Shown one piece after another: positions 39,850-49,434 of a stretch of 64,000 nucleotides of DNA (position 1 is its first letter; every line of letters starts with the position of its first letter). This stretch comes from Hyalangium minutum (GTDB lineage: Bacteria; Myxococcota; Myxococcia; Myxococcales; Myxococcaceae): contig NZ_JMCB01000013.1 in the NCBI RefSeq assembly GCF_000737315.1, positions 124,001 through 188,000 on the forward strand, in the 5' to 3' direction. Both the position numbers and the translations under genes were made by a program. The notes beneath the pieces are model-generated. The model was not told where the DNA came from. It saw only the letters and a list, made by a program, of their open reading frames with translations, and ran no database searches.

Positions 39850-40911
39850 CTAGCGAGGCCGCGCGTTCACCGTGGCGGCGGGCAGATGGAGCCGCAGCTC
39901 GAAGGGCGCCTCGTCCTGGATCGAAAGGGCACCCCCCAGCCGCTGCAGGAGCTGCTCCAGCCGCGCCAGCTTCCGGGCCATCAGCAGCCGGGGCCGGTCC
40001 GTGGACACGCTCAGCGTCCACATGCCCAGCTTCTCCTGCTCCTCGATGTGCACCCGCACCACGCCGACCCGTGAGGTGCCCAGATCCCTGGCCAGCAGCC
40101 GCGTCAGCTGCGTCACCACCGAGCGAGGACCTCGCACCGGTGCCCACTTCGCCGAGCACTCGAAGTGCAGGGGGAGCTTCCGGGCCCGCGCCATCGGCTC
40201 GAAGGCCTCGAGCGCCAGGGCGCGCAGATCCTCCGGCGCCCCGCCGCGCGAGAGCTGCCGGGAGATGAGCTGGCCCATCATCTGGGTGGAGCCCTGCATG
40301 CGCTCCACATATTTCTCCATGGTGGGCGTGAGCTCGCCCGTCATGCCCTTGCGCATCATCTCCAGGTAGCCCTGGATGACGAGCAGCGGAGTCCGCAGGT
40401 CGTGAGAAGCCCGGGAGCGGTTGCTCTCCCGATAGGACAGCTCGCGCTGCAGCTGCCGCAACTGTTGGCAAAGCGAGGCTTGCCTGCCCTGAAGGCTGGC
40501 CTCTCGCCTCCACGCCTTGAGGAGCGAACCCGCCAGCCCGGCGAAGCGCTCCAGTGTCTCGCGTTGTTCTCCGCTGGTCCGCTCCGGAATCACTCCGAGT
40601 GACGAGCGGCCCTCCTCTATTGGAATGAGCTGGGAGGCGCGCAGACGGGACAGGGAAGGCAGCCGCAGCCCCGCCTCCGCAATCCGCACCCGCCCCTCAT
40701 GGAGGGCGATGCCCGCCACCCCCGTGAGCCGCAGGGCTTCCTTCAGGAGCGCGTCGATGCCCGCGCGAGCCCCGTCCCGGAGAGAGCGCTCGGCCACCGC
40801 CGCCAGCGATCGCTCCACCTCTATTACTCCAACAGAATCTTCGGGCCGACGCCCGCTCAACGCTCCGGCATGCACGTGGCTAGGAATGAGCACGCCTTCA
40901 GATAGGCGCAA
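39850..40911 (-). CDS. HisKA (DHp) protein with a degenerate ATPase-like C-terminus
   Basis: H-box ASHDLRTPL (His at 40402-40404); no N, G1 or G2 boxes recognisable; start uncertain. Confidence 0.7.
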   Translation of the reverse strand: MRLSEGVLIPSHVHAGALSGRRPEDSVGVIEVERSLAAVAERSLRDGARAGIDALLKEALRLTGVAGIALHEGRVRIAEAGLRLPSLSRLRASQLIPIEEGRSSLGVIPERTSGEQRETLERFAGLAGSLLKAWRREASLQGRQASLCQQLRQLQRELSYRESNRSRASHDLRTPLLVIQGYLEMMRKGMTGELTPTMEKYVERMQGSTQMMGQLISRQLSRGGAPEDLRALALEAFEPMARARKLPLHFECSAKWAPVRGPRSVVTQLTRLLARDLGTSRVGVVRVHIEEQEKLGMWTLSVSTDRPRLLMARKLARLEQLLQRLGGALSIQDEAPFELRLHLPAATVNARPR

Positions 40912-41046
40912 CGGTACCCACTCTGAGGACTGATCGACACACGACAGAGAAACGACTTTCCCTCTCCGCGTGCGCAGTCATGGCGTTTTTACCGGTGCGC
41001 AGACCCCTCGGGAGACCCAACCCCAACAAGATCCACGGCTTACCCC

Positions 41047-41062
41047 TGGCCGGGCGATTGCT
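41047..41062 (+). promoter_or_regulatory. Candidate sigma54 (-24/-12) promoter
   Basis: TGGCCGGGCGATTGCT: GG-N10-GC with TGGC and TTGCT, 30 nt before ATG 41093. Confidence 0.6.
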
Positions 41063-41092
41063 AACCGCTGACCCGGAGCGCGAAAGGGGCGG

Positions 41093-43168
41093 ATGGGGAC
41101 CTTCGACTATTACACGACGCTGGTTCGACTCGCTCCGGCAGCCGTCGCGAAGAGCGCGGTACGCCGGGTGCAGGGGGTTGCGAGGCAGGCTCTCTATCGC
41201 CGCCGGTACCGGGTGGATGAGCTGCGGATCCTCCAGGCGTATGGGGCCGAGTCCGCGGCGGAGCTCGCGGGCAAGCTCCTGGAGACGCGCCACTCCAGCG
41301 TGTGGTGTGAGCACCGTCAGCGCCGGTCTGTGCTCGAGGCGCTCGCGGCCGTGCCGGGTGCCCGGGAGCGGGCGCTGGAGCGGGCCGAGGCGGCGCTCCG
41401 CCAGGAGTTCCGTGTCTTCGGCACGCGCGTGGCCTTCGGTGAGGGCCGGTCGGTGGAGTGGTCCCTGGATCCGGTGAGCGGCTACCGCTACCCGCTGGAG
41501 CCCGTGGAGCAGCTCCAGTTGGTGCGGCCCGGGACGGATCCCAAGTACCCGTGGGTGCTCGGGCGGCTCGACAGCCTCGTGGCGCTGGGGCAGGGCTACT
41601 GGGTGGAGGAGAGCGAGCAGGCACGTTCCCGCTACGCGCGCGCCTTCGTGCTGCAGACGCTGGATTTTCTGCAGGCCAACCCTCCTGGGCAGGGTGTGCA
41701 GTGGGCGTGCACCATGGAGGTGTCGCTGCGGGCGGCCAACATCGCGCAGGCGCTCGCCATGTTCGCGGAGGCGCCCGAGGTTCAGCGGCCCGAGTTCCTC
41801 GTGCCCGTGCTGAGCTCGCTCGCCGAGCACACCGCGTGGGTGGAAGCGCATCCGGAGGACCAGGGCGCGGTCCCCAACAATCACCTCATCGCCAACTACG
41901 TGGGCCTGCTGGTGGTGGGCCTGCTGTTCCCGGAGCTCCCGGGCGCGTCGAACCAGGTGGCGCTGGCGGTGAAGACGCTGCGCACGCAGGTGCTGGCGCA
42001 GGTGCACGAGGATGGCACCTCCTTTGAGGGCTCCACCTCCTATCACCGGCTCGTGGTGGAGTTGTGCACCCTGGCGCACGTGGTGGCGCTCCGGGCCGGC
42101 GTGATGCTGGGCAAGGACTTCGAGGAGCGCCTCCTCAAGATGTTCCGCGCCACGCGCGCTTGGTGCTCCGAGCAAGGGCGGGTGGCTCAGATCGGCGACA
42201 ACGATTCCTGCCGCGTCTTCCCGCTCCGGGAGCGCGACGATCAGGACCACGGCTATCTGGCTCCGCTGGGCGCGGCGCTCTTCGGCGACGCCTCGCTGGC
42301 GGGCGGCGAGTTCCCGGACGAGGCGGCGTGGCTGCTGGGCAAGCCGGGCCTGGAGCGCTTCCAGGCGCTGGGGACGGCTCCAGCGCCCTCCTCGGTGTGC
42401 TTCCACTCGGGGGGCTTCCACGTGCTGCGTGGAGCGGGGGCTGTCGTCACCATCAGCGCGGGCCGTCAGGGGCAGCGCGGGGTGGGCGGGCACAGCCACA
42501 ACGACAAGCTCTCCTTCGAGCTGCACCTGGGCGGAGAGCCCGTGATCGTGGATCCGGGGACAGGCACGTACACGCGGGACGCGATGGTCCGGAACTTCTT
42601 TCGCGGCACCTCGGCGCACAACACGCTGGTGGTGGACGCGGTGGAGCAGGCTCCCTTGGAGCCCGAGCGTCTCTTCGCGCTGCCCGAGGACGCCCGGGCC
42701 CGGGTGGAGGTGTTCCAGCCGGGCGCGCAGCTGGATCGGCTCACCGTGCGGCACGACGGGTACCGGACGCTGCCGTCGCCCGTGGGCATCGAGCGGACCT
42801 TCTACCTGGACAAGCGGGAGCGTGCGCTCGCGGTGACGGATCGGCTCGTCGGTACGGGGGCGCACGAGGTGGTGGGCCGGCTGTACCTGCCGGACGAGCA
42901 CGTGCGGCTGCGTCCCGCCTCGACCTGGGAGATTGCGCGGGCCTTGCGTGTGCCGGATGCGCCGCGGGCCTTCGAGCCGCTGTGCGTGGAGTTGGGGCCA
43001 GAGGACGCGCCGAGGGCGTGTGTGCTCTTCGCCTCGGGACTGACGCCCCGGTTGGACGGGGCCCTGTACTCGCCGGGCTACGGGCGGGTGAGGCCGGCGT
43101 CGGTGGTGACTTACGGGGCACGTCGCGTGCCTCCGGCATGGCTGCGGTGGGTGGTCGTCTTTTCGTGA
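41093..43168 (+). CDS. Heparinase II/III family (alginate lyase-like N-domain) protein
   Basis: PNNHLIAN, FEGSTSYH, IGDND, GGHSHNDKLSF, VDPGTGTY and AHNTLVVD motifs. Confidence 0.85.
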   Translation: MGTFDYYTTLVRLAPAAVAKSAVRRVQGVARQALYRRRYRVDELRILQAYGAESAAELAGKLLETRHSSVWCEHRQRRSVLEALAAVPGARERALERAEAALRQEFRVFGTRVAFGEGRSVEWSLDPVSGYRYPLEPVEQLQLVRPGTDPKYPWVLGRLDSLVALGQGYWVEESEQARSRYARAFVLQTLDFLQANPPGQGVQWACTMEVSLRAANIAQALAMFAEAPEVQRPEFLVPVLSSLAEHTAWVEAHPEDQGAVPNNHLIANYVGLLVVGLLFPELPGASNQVALAVKTLRTQVLAQVHEDGTSFEGSTSYHRLVVELCTLAHVVALRAGVMLGKDFEERLLKMFRATRAWCSEQGRVAQIGDNDSCRVFPLRERDDQDHGYLAPLGAALFGDASLAGGEFPDEAAWLLGKPGLERFQALGTAPAPSSVCFHSGGFHVLRGAGAVVTISAGRQGQRGVGGHSHNDKLSFELHLGGEPVIVDPGTGTYTRDAMVRNFFRGTSAHNTLVVDAVEQAPLEPERLFALPEDARARVEVFQPGAQLDRLTVRHDGYRTLPSPVGIERTFYLDKRERALAVTDRLVGTGAHEVVGRLYLPDEHVRLRPASTWEIARALRVPDAPRAFEPLCVELGPEDAPRACVLFASGLTPRLDGALYSPGYGRVRPASVVTYGARRVPPAWLRWVVVFS

Positions 43169-43221
43169 ACGGTGTTGTTGAGGCGCCGTGTCCCGCGGCG
43201 CCTTGCTTGGAGGGAGTACAG

Positions 43222-44547
43222 ATGCGCGTCATGGTCAGCCCGCTCGTGGATATGATCCGCAAGCGGGAAGCTAAAGTGGGGGTTGTCGGTCTGGGCTACG
43301 TGGGGCTTCCGCTCGGCATGGCGTTCGCCGATGCGGGGTTCCCGGTGATGGGGCTCGATATCGACAAGCGCAAGATTGACAAGATCGCCAAGGGGGAGAG
43401 CTACATCAAGCACATCCCCAGCGAGCCGCTGAAGAAGCTGAGCAGCGAGGGCAAGCTCAAGGCGACGACGGACTTCGCCAAGGCCAAGGAGATGGACTGC
43501 ATCGTCATCTGCGTGCCCACGCCGCTGACGGCGTCGCGTGAGCCGGACATGACGTACATCGTCCAGACGGGCGAGGCGCTGTCCCCGTACGTGCGCCGTA
43601 ACCAGCTCTTCGTGCTGGAGTCCACCACCTACCCGGGCACCACCGAGGAGGTGCTCAAGCCGCTGCTGGAGAAGAGCGGCCTGAAGGCGGGCGTGGACTT
43701 CCACCTGGCCTTCAGCCCCGAGCGCGAGGATCCGGGCAACAAGAGCTTCAACACGAAGACGATCCCGAAGATCGTCGGCGGCTTCACGCCGGCGTGCCTC
43801 GAGGTGGCGCAGGCCCTGTACTCCAGCGCGCTGAAGGAGACGGTGCCGGTGTCCTCCACGCGCGTGGCGGAGCTCTCCAAGCTGCTGGAGAACATCTTCC
43901 GCTGCGTGAACATCGCCATGGTCAACGAGATGAAGATGCTCTGCGACCGCATGAACATCGACGTGTGGGAGGTCATCCAGGCGGCGAGCACCAAGCCGTT
44001 CGGCTTCATGCCCTTCTTCCCGGGCCCGGGCCTGGGCGGTCACTGCATCCCGATCGATCCGTTCTACCTGACGTGGAAGGCGCGCGAGTACGAGTTCCAC
44101 ACCAAGTTCATCGAGCTGGCCGGCGAGGTGAACACGCAGATGCCGTACTACGTGGTGCAGCGCACCATGGAGGCGCTCAACCAGCACAAGAAGACGCTCA
44201 ATGGCGCCAAGGTGCTGTGCTTGGGTGCGGCGTACAAGAAGGACATCGACGACATGCGCGAGAGCCCGAGCCTCCGCGTCATCTCGTTGCTCAAGGAGAA
44301 GGGTGCCGTGGTCAGCTACCACGACCCGTACGTGCCGAAGCTGGAGAAGGGCCACGGCTTCAACTTCGAGATGACCTCCGTGCCGCTGTCGCCGGAGACG
44401 CTCGGCCAGTACGACGCGGTGGTGATCCTCACGGACCACTCCAACATCGACTACTCCATGGTGGTGAAGAAGTCCCAGTGCGTCGTCGACACGCGCAACG
44501 CCACGAAGCACGTGGGACCGGGCCGTGAGAAGGTGACGAAGGCCTAG
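43222..44547 (+). CDS. Nucleotide-sugar (UDP-HexNAc) 6-dehydrogenase, WbpA/WecC-like
   Basis: VVGLGYVG, ICVPTP, ESTTYPGTT, SPERED, GPGLGGHCIPIDP and AYKKDIDDMRESP motifs. Confidence 0.93.
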   Translation: MRVMVSPLVDMIRKREAKVGVVGLGYVGLPLGMAFADAGFPVMGLDIDKRKIDKIAKGESYIKHIPSEPLKKLSSEGKLKATTDFAKAKEMDCIVICVPTPLTASREPDMTYIVQTGEALSPYVRRNQLFVLESTTYPGTTEEVLKPLLEKSGLKAGVDFHLAFSPEREDPGNKSFNTKTIPKIVGGFTPACLEVAQALYSSALKETVPVSSTRVAELSKLLENIFRCVNIAMVNEMKMLCDRMNIDVWEVIQAASTKPFGFMPFFPGPGLGGHCIPIDPFYLTWKAREYEFHTKFIELAGEVNTQMPYYVVQRTMEALNQHKKTLNGAKVLCLGAAYKKDIDDMRESPSLRVISLLKEKGAVVSYHDPYVPKLEKGHGFNFEMTSVPLSPETLGQYDAVVILTDHSNIDYSMVVKKSQCVVDTRNATKHVGPGREKVTKA

Positions 44548-44651
44548 TTGCACGGGGGCTGATTGCCTCCCAAGCGAGGGTCCTCGCCGCTCTGGAGCAG
44601 GGCGGTGAGGACCTTCGGTGCATTGCGGGGTGGTTTCGGTACAGTGGGGCC

Positions 44652-46385
44652 GTGCGACTTCCCCTCTCGCCCGTCCTTCCCCTGTTGGCTGTCTCCGCTC
44701 TCCTGGCTGCCGCCGCGCCTCCGGCCGATCCGCGTCTGGAGATGGCGGATGCGATGATCGCTGAGCTGACCCGCAGCCAGCAACAGCTCCAGCTCAAGGG
44801 CCACGAGCCGCCGTACTTCATCAGCTACCAGCTCAAGGACTACGACCAGTACGCCATCGCCGCGCGCTACGGGGCGATCTTCACGGATGACGGCTCGCGG
44901 GATCGCCGGCTGGCGGCGGATGTGCGGGTGGGCTCGTACCAGTTCGACAGCTCGGTGCCCGAGGAGCAGGACTTCCTCGTCTCCACCAAGGGGACGAGCT
45001 ACTACGCGCGGCCGGACGGCCCGATCGACGACTCGCCGATGGCGCTGCGCACCGCGTTCTGGCTGCTGACGGATGAGAAGTACAAGTCCGCGCTGGCCCA
45101 GTTCCTCAAGAAGAAGGGCGAGGACGTCTATACGGTGGAGGATCCGAAGCGCCCGCCGTCCTTCTCCAAGGAGAGGCCGAACACGCACGTGCAGCCGTCC
45201 GTGGCGTTCCCGTTCGATCGGGAGCGGTGGCGCAAGGTGGCGCGGATGCTGTCGGCCCGGTTCAACGGGCATCCGGAGATCTTCGACTCGGATGTGCGCG
45301 TCACGGCAGACAAGGTGATGCGCGTGTTCGTCTCCACGGAGGGCAGCCGCATCATCACCGAGGAGACGCTCTACGGGCTGCACGTCACCGCGGTGGCTCG
45401 CGCGGAGGACGGGCAGCTGCTGGACAACTCGCGCAACTACTACACGCCCACCGAGGCGGGGCTTCCGGACGACAAGACGCTGCTGGAGGCCACGGACAAG
45501 GTGATCACGGAGCTGCTGGCGCTGCGGAAGGCGCCCGCGATCGATCCGTATACAGGGCCGGCGATCCTGGCGCCCGAGGCCTCGGGCGTGCTGTTCCACG
45601 AGGTGCTGGGGCACCGGCTCGAGGGGCACCGGCAGGCAGACGATCGCGAGGGCAAGACGTTCCGAGGCCAGGAGGGCAAGCAGGTCCTGCCGCCCTTCCT
45701 CTCCATCTCCGATGACCCAACGGTGCGAGAGCTGAGCGGGGAGAAGCTCAACGGCTATTACCTCTATGACGAGGAGGGCGTGAAGGCGCAGCGGGTGCCG
45801 CTGGTGGAGAAGGGCGTGCTGCGCAACTACCTGCTGTCGCGCCAGCCGGTGGAGGGCTTCCTGCAGTCCAACGGGCATGGCCGGAGCCAGGGCTCGCAGC
45901 GGCCGGTGGCGCGCATGGCGAACCTGCTCGTGGACTCCACGAAGCAGGTGTCCGACGAGGAGCTGAAGCGGCAGCTGATCGCGGAGGCGAAGCGGCAGGG
46001 CAAGCCGTACGGGCTCATCATCCGCGACATTACCGGCGGCAACACCAACACCTCCAGCTACGGCTACCAGGCATTCAAGGGCGTGCCCCGGATGGTGTTC
46101 CGGGTGGATGTGCGGGATGGGAAGGAGACGCTGGTGCGGGGCGTGGAGATCGTCGGCACGCCGCTGTCGGCGGTGAACCGGATCCTGGCCTCGGGCAGTA
46201 GGCAGGGCGTGTTCAACGGGTTCTGCGGCGCGGAGAGCGGGATGGTGCCTGTGTCCACCGTGGCGCCTGCGATGCTGCTCCAGGAGATCGAACTGCAGCG
46301 GACGATGGAGGGTAAGGACCGCCCACCGATCCTCTCCAGCCCCTCGGCCGCTTCGCGGCAGCCCGAGGCGAAGAAGCAGGAGTAG
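44652..46385 (+). CDS. TldD/PmbA family metalloprotease with a signal peptide
   Basis: LFHEVLGHRLE (HExxxH), YDEEG, SNGHGR, FCGAESG; hydrophobic N-terminus ending LLAAAA. Confidence 0.85.
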   Translation: MRLPLSPVLPLLAVSALLAAAAPPADPRLEMADAMIAELTRSQQQLQLKGHEPPYFISYQLKDYDQYAIAARYGAIFTDDGSRDRRLAADVRVGSYQFDSSVPEEQDFLVSTKGTSYYARPDGPIDDSPMALRTAFWLLTDEKYKSALAQFLKKKGEDVYTVEDPKRPPSFSKERPNTHVQPSVAFPFDRERWRKVARMLSARFNGHPEIFDSDVRVTADKVMRVFVSTEGSRIITEETLYGLHVTAVARAEDGQLLDNSRNYYTPTEAGLPDDKTLLEATDKVITELLALRKAPAIDPYTGPAILAPEASGVLFHEVLGHRLEGHRQADDREGKTFRGQEGKQVLPPFLSISDDPTVRELSGEKLNGYYLYDEEGVKAQRVPLVEKGVLRNYLLSRQPVEGFLQSNGHGRSQGSQRPVARMANLLVDSTKQVSDEELKRQLIAEAKRQGKPYGLIIRDITGGNTNTSSYGYQAFKGVPRMVFRVDVRDGKETLVRGVEIVGTPLSAVNRILASGSRQGVFNGFCGAESGMVPVSTVAPAMLLQEIELQRTMEGKDRPPILSSPSAASRQPEAKKQE

Positions 46386-46402
46386 GGCGGTACGTCCTTC
46401 GT

Positions 46403-47320
46403 TCAGCTCCCGGGTGCTTCTGCGGGTTCTTCTGGAGCACTTTGCTCCTCGGAGGGAGCAAGAGCATCGGGGGAGGGGTGCAGCAAGCGCCCGCCCTTGA
46501 AGCCTCTCAGGCGCAAGTAGCGCGAGAAGTCCCGGAGAAAGGCCTCGGGCGGTAGCCCCACGATGGAGGTGAAGGCCCCCGGGAAGTCCGGCCCCCGGCT
46601 CATCTCCTCCAGCAGCTTGCGCACCGTGTCCTCCCCATAGCGGTTCACCAGGAAGCTGAAGGCGTGGTGGGCTGCTCCGTAGGCCACGGGCATCTGCTCG
46701 GCGTAGAGCGGCTCGGGGCGCAGCAGGGGTTCCCAGGAGGGATTCTCCTCCAGCGTCCGTGCGAGGGTCTCCAGTGTGGGCCAGCGGTAGCCCTGGTTCG
46801 CCGTGTACGAGGCCATGCCCTCGCGGAACCATCCGGGGATCTTCTTCTGCCGCCAGCCGCCCAGGTCCGCCGCCGCCTGGTACATCACCGTGTGCGTCAG
46901 CTCATGCAGGAGTGTCTCGTTCAGGTCCTGCTGCGTGGCGCTCAGCGGGCTCCAGGTCTCCGGCGCTTGCACATCCACCACGTCGTAGCGCGCCCACGCC
47001 CGCAGCCACTCGTAACCCGAGCGCTTCGCGGCTCGCTCCAGGGACTTGTGATCCGGATGGACCCGCACCGTTACCGGCTCGTGGAGCCTGCCCCACTTCA
47101 CGAGCTGGTGCCCTGCATTCTCCAGCGCGGCTCGGACCATGAGCGCGCCCGCCTCCTCGCGGGAGGGGTACTCGATGCGGAAGGTCCCCACCGCTGTCTC
47201 CACCGTGAGGAGCTCGGCCTTCAGCCCAGAGCGTGGCCCCACGCATCCGGCGCTCACCCACAGTGCGAGCACCGCGCTGGCCATCGTTCCCCTGTGGCTC
47301 CTGCCCACCGTCACGCGCAC
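46403..47320 (-). CDS. Putative lipoprotein zincin (peptidase MA-like)
   Basis: LLHELTHTV plus WFREGMASY; possible lipobox SAG-C. Confidence 0.75.
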   Translation of the reverse strand: MRVTVGRSHRGTMASAVLALWVSAGCVGPRSGLKAELLTVETAVGTFRIEYPSREEAGALMVRAALENAGHQLVKWGRLHEPVTVRVHPDHKSLERAAKRSGYEWLRAWARYDVVDVQAPETWSPLSATQQDLNETLLHELTHTVMYQAAADLGGWRQKKIPGWFREGMASYTANQGYRWPTLETLARTLEENPSWEPLLRPEPLYAEQMPVAYGAAHHAFSFLVNRYGEDTVRKLLEEMSRGPDFPGAFTSIVGLPPEAFLRDFSRYLRLRGFKGGRLLHPSPDALAPSEEQSAPEEPAEAPGS

Positions 47321-47321
47321 C

Positions 47322-48257
47322 TCACTCCGCGTCCAGCCAGCGCAACACCGTGCGCCCCACGTCCGCCACGGTGGCCAGCGCCTCCACCTCTGGCGCAGGC
47401 GGCCCGAAGTAGAGCACGGGCACGGGGTTCAGGGTGTGGCTCCGTGTCGAGAGATCCTCCACGTTGCCGTGATCGCTGCAGATCAACACCCGCGCATCCG
47501 GCGGCCGCAGGGCCACGATCTCCCGCGCGAAGGCATCGAAGGTGTCCAGGGCCGCCAGGGCTGCCTCGAAGTCTTGCGCGTGCCCGGCCTCGTCAGCCAG
47601 GTAGTGCTCGAAGAAGGTGAAGTCCACGCCCTCGGCCACCTGCCAGAAGATCCGCGCTGCTTCCTCGGGCGTGCGCTGGGGCACGGACAAGCCCATGCGG
47701 TGCGCGTGAGTGCCGGTGATGTCATGGGTGAGCCCGTCCCCCGCGCGCGCGTCATCCAGCGTGCGCAGGGGTACGCCTCCCGCCGCGAAGGCCAGGGTGG
47801 ATGCCGAGGGCTTCAAGCGCTTCGCTGCCGCAGGAGGGAAGACGAACTCCGGGGGCGTGGTGGAGGCTCGCCGGTGCAGCTTCAGCAGGTCCAGGTATGG
47901 CGCCGCGTAGCTGTTGGCGAAGGTGGCGGTGCGCCCAGCGGCCACCAGCCGCTTCACGAGCGAGCGCTCCGCCAGGATCTCCCGCAGGGGTGGGTTCGGG
48001 TAGCCCAGCACGTGGCGCTGAATGAGGGCAGGCGCGGGGTCGCCCGTGAGGATGGCCGTCTGGTTGGAGGCTGACTGGGGGCGGCCCTCCACACCGAAAG
48101 TGGTATCCACAGGGATACACCACCCCCCTGGGGGCAGGGGGGTCCCGGGGGCGTCCCCGAACTGGGAGAGCAGGTGGGCCCTCCCAGCGAGCGGGTTCAC
48201 TGCCGTGTCCTTCCGGCCTACACCCACACCATCGATGAACAGGAGCGCGACTCGCAC
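47322..48257 (-). CDS. Alkaline-phosphatase-superfamily metalloenzyme (iPGM/phosphopentomutase-like)
   Basis: LFIDGVG, PQSASNQT (Ser nucleophile), DEAGH and CSDHGN motifs. Confidence 0.8.
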   Translation of the reverse strand: MRVALLFIDGVGVGRKDTAVNPLAGRAHLLSQFGDAPGTPLPPGGWCIPVDTTFGVEGRPQSASNQTAILTGDPAPALIQRHVLGYPNPPLREILAERSLVKRLVAAGRTATFANSYAAPYLDLLKLHRRASTTPPEFVFPPAAAKRLKPSASTLAFAAGGVPLRTLDDARAGDGLTHDITGTHAHRMGLSVPQRTPEEAARIFWQVAEGVDFTFFEHYLADEAGHAQDFEAALAALDTFDAFAREIVALRPPDARVLICSDHGNVEDLSTRSHTLNPVPVLYFGPPAPEVEALATVADVGRTVLRWLDAE

Positions 48258-48298
48258 GATTTCTGACTGTATCCTCGAATTTCTGGAATCCGTCACCC

Positions 48299-49387
48299 AT
48301 GGCCCTTCACGGCGACCTCTTCAGTTATCCGCTTCCTGAACTTCTGCAGTGGCTCGACGGCTCTCGCAAGACGGGGACGTTGCAGCTGTCCTGGGAGGCC
48401 GGGGAGCGCAAGATCTTCGTTCTCTCCGGCCAGGTGGTCGCCACCGCCAGCCGGGGGCTGCGTGAGCGCGTGGCCCGGCTCCTGGAGCTGGCCAAGCTGA
48501 GCTCGGGCAGCCGAGTGCTGGCCTCCTTCGAGGAGCTGCAGCGCACCCCGGATGTCGAGCAGGCCTTTGCCACTCACGGCGTGGACGTGCGCATGGTCCG
48601 GGAGATGGGGCGCGAGGAGCTCTTCAGCTCGATGATGGACCTGACCATCGCCGGGCGCGGCACGTTCCACTGGACGGAGGATGCGGACCGCACGGGCGAA
48701 GACTGGGTGCCCTCGGACATGAGCATCCGCGAGATGCTCTTCGAGTCCCTGCGCTGGGTGGACGAGCACGGGGATGTGGAGCAGGCGCTGCCCATCGACG
48801 CGATGAGCGTGCGGGCGGTGGCTCCGCCGAGCGCGAGCCAGCCGCTGTTGCACCGGGTGATCCTCACGCTGTGCGCCAACTCGCAGAACCTGGGGCGGCT
48901 GAGGCTGTCGATGGGGATGTCGCGATCGGCGGTGACGCGGCGGGTGTTCGATCTGCTGCGCTTGAAGCTGGTGGAGGTGGAGGGAGCGCCGCAGGTCGAG
49001 GCGGATCCGGTGGCGGAGATGCTGGAGAAGGGGCAGGTGTTGGTGCGTGAGGGACAGTACGACTCGGCGGGCATCATCTGCGCCTCGTTGCTGGCCAGTG
49101 ATCCGGCGGATCGGCGCGTGCGCGAGTTCGCCCGCATGGTCCAGCGCGAGCACGTGGCGGCCCTCTATGGGGAGCTGCCTCCGGTGGCGGTGCCGGTGCC
49201 GGTGCACGATCCGGAGGGCATGGCGCTGCTCAAGCCCGAGGAGCGTCAGATCGCCGGCCTGGTCAACGGCGGCTGGGATGTGTCGACCTTGGTGCTAGCC
49301 GTACCCGCGCGGGAGCTGGACACCCTGCGCACGTTGGCGAAGCTGGTGCGCATGGGCCTGGTGCAGCTCACCATGCCGATGCGCTGA
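48299..49387 (+). CDS. DUF4388 (PATAN-like) domain protein with a TPR-like helix pair
   Basis: L.GDL....LPELLQWL..SRKTGTLQL...KIF..SGQVV...G.F.W pattern. Confidence 0.85.
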   Translation: MALHGDLFSYPLPELLQWLDGSRKTGTLQLSWEAGERKIFVLSGQVVATASRGLRERVARLLELAKLSSGSRVLASFEELQRTPDVEQAFATHGVDVRMVREMGREELFSSMMDLTIAGRGTFHWTEDADRTGEDWVPSDMSIREMLFESLRWVDEHGDVEQALPIDAMSVRAVAPPSASQPLLHRVILTLCANSQNLGRLRLSMGMSRSAVTRRVFDLLRLKLVEVEGAPQVEADPVAEMLEKGQVLVREGQYDSAGIICASLLASDPADRRVREFARMVQREHVAALYGELPPVAVPVPVHDPEGMALLKPEERQIAGLVNGGWDVSTLVLAVPARELDTLRTLAKLVRMGLVQLTMPMR

Positions 49388-49434
49388 TCCAGGGCCTGTG
49401 ATGGAGGGAAGAGCGCGGCCCCAGCGCTGGCGGG

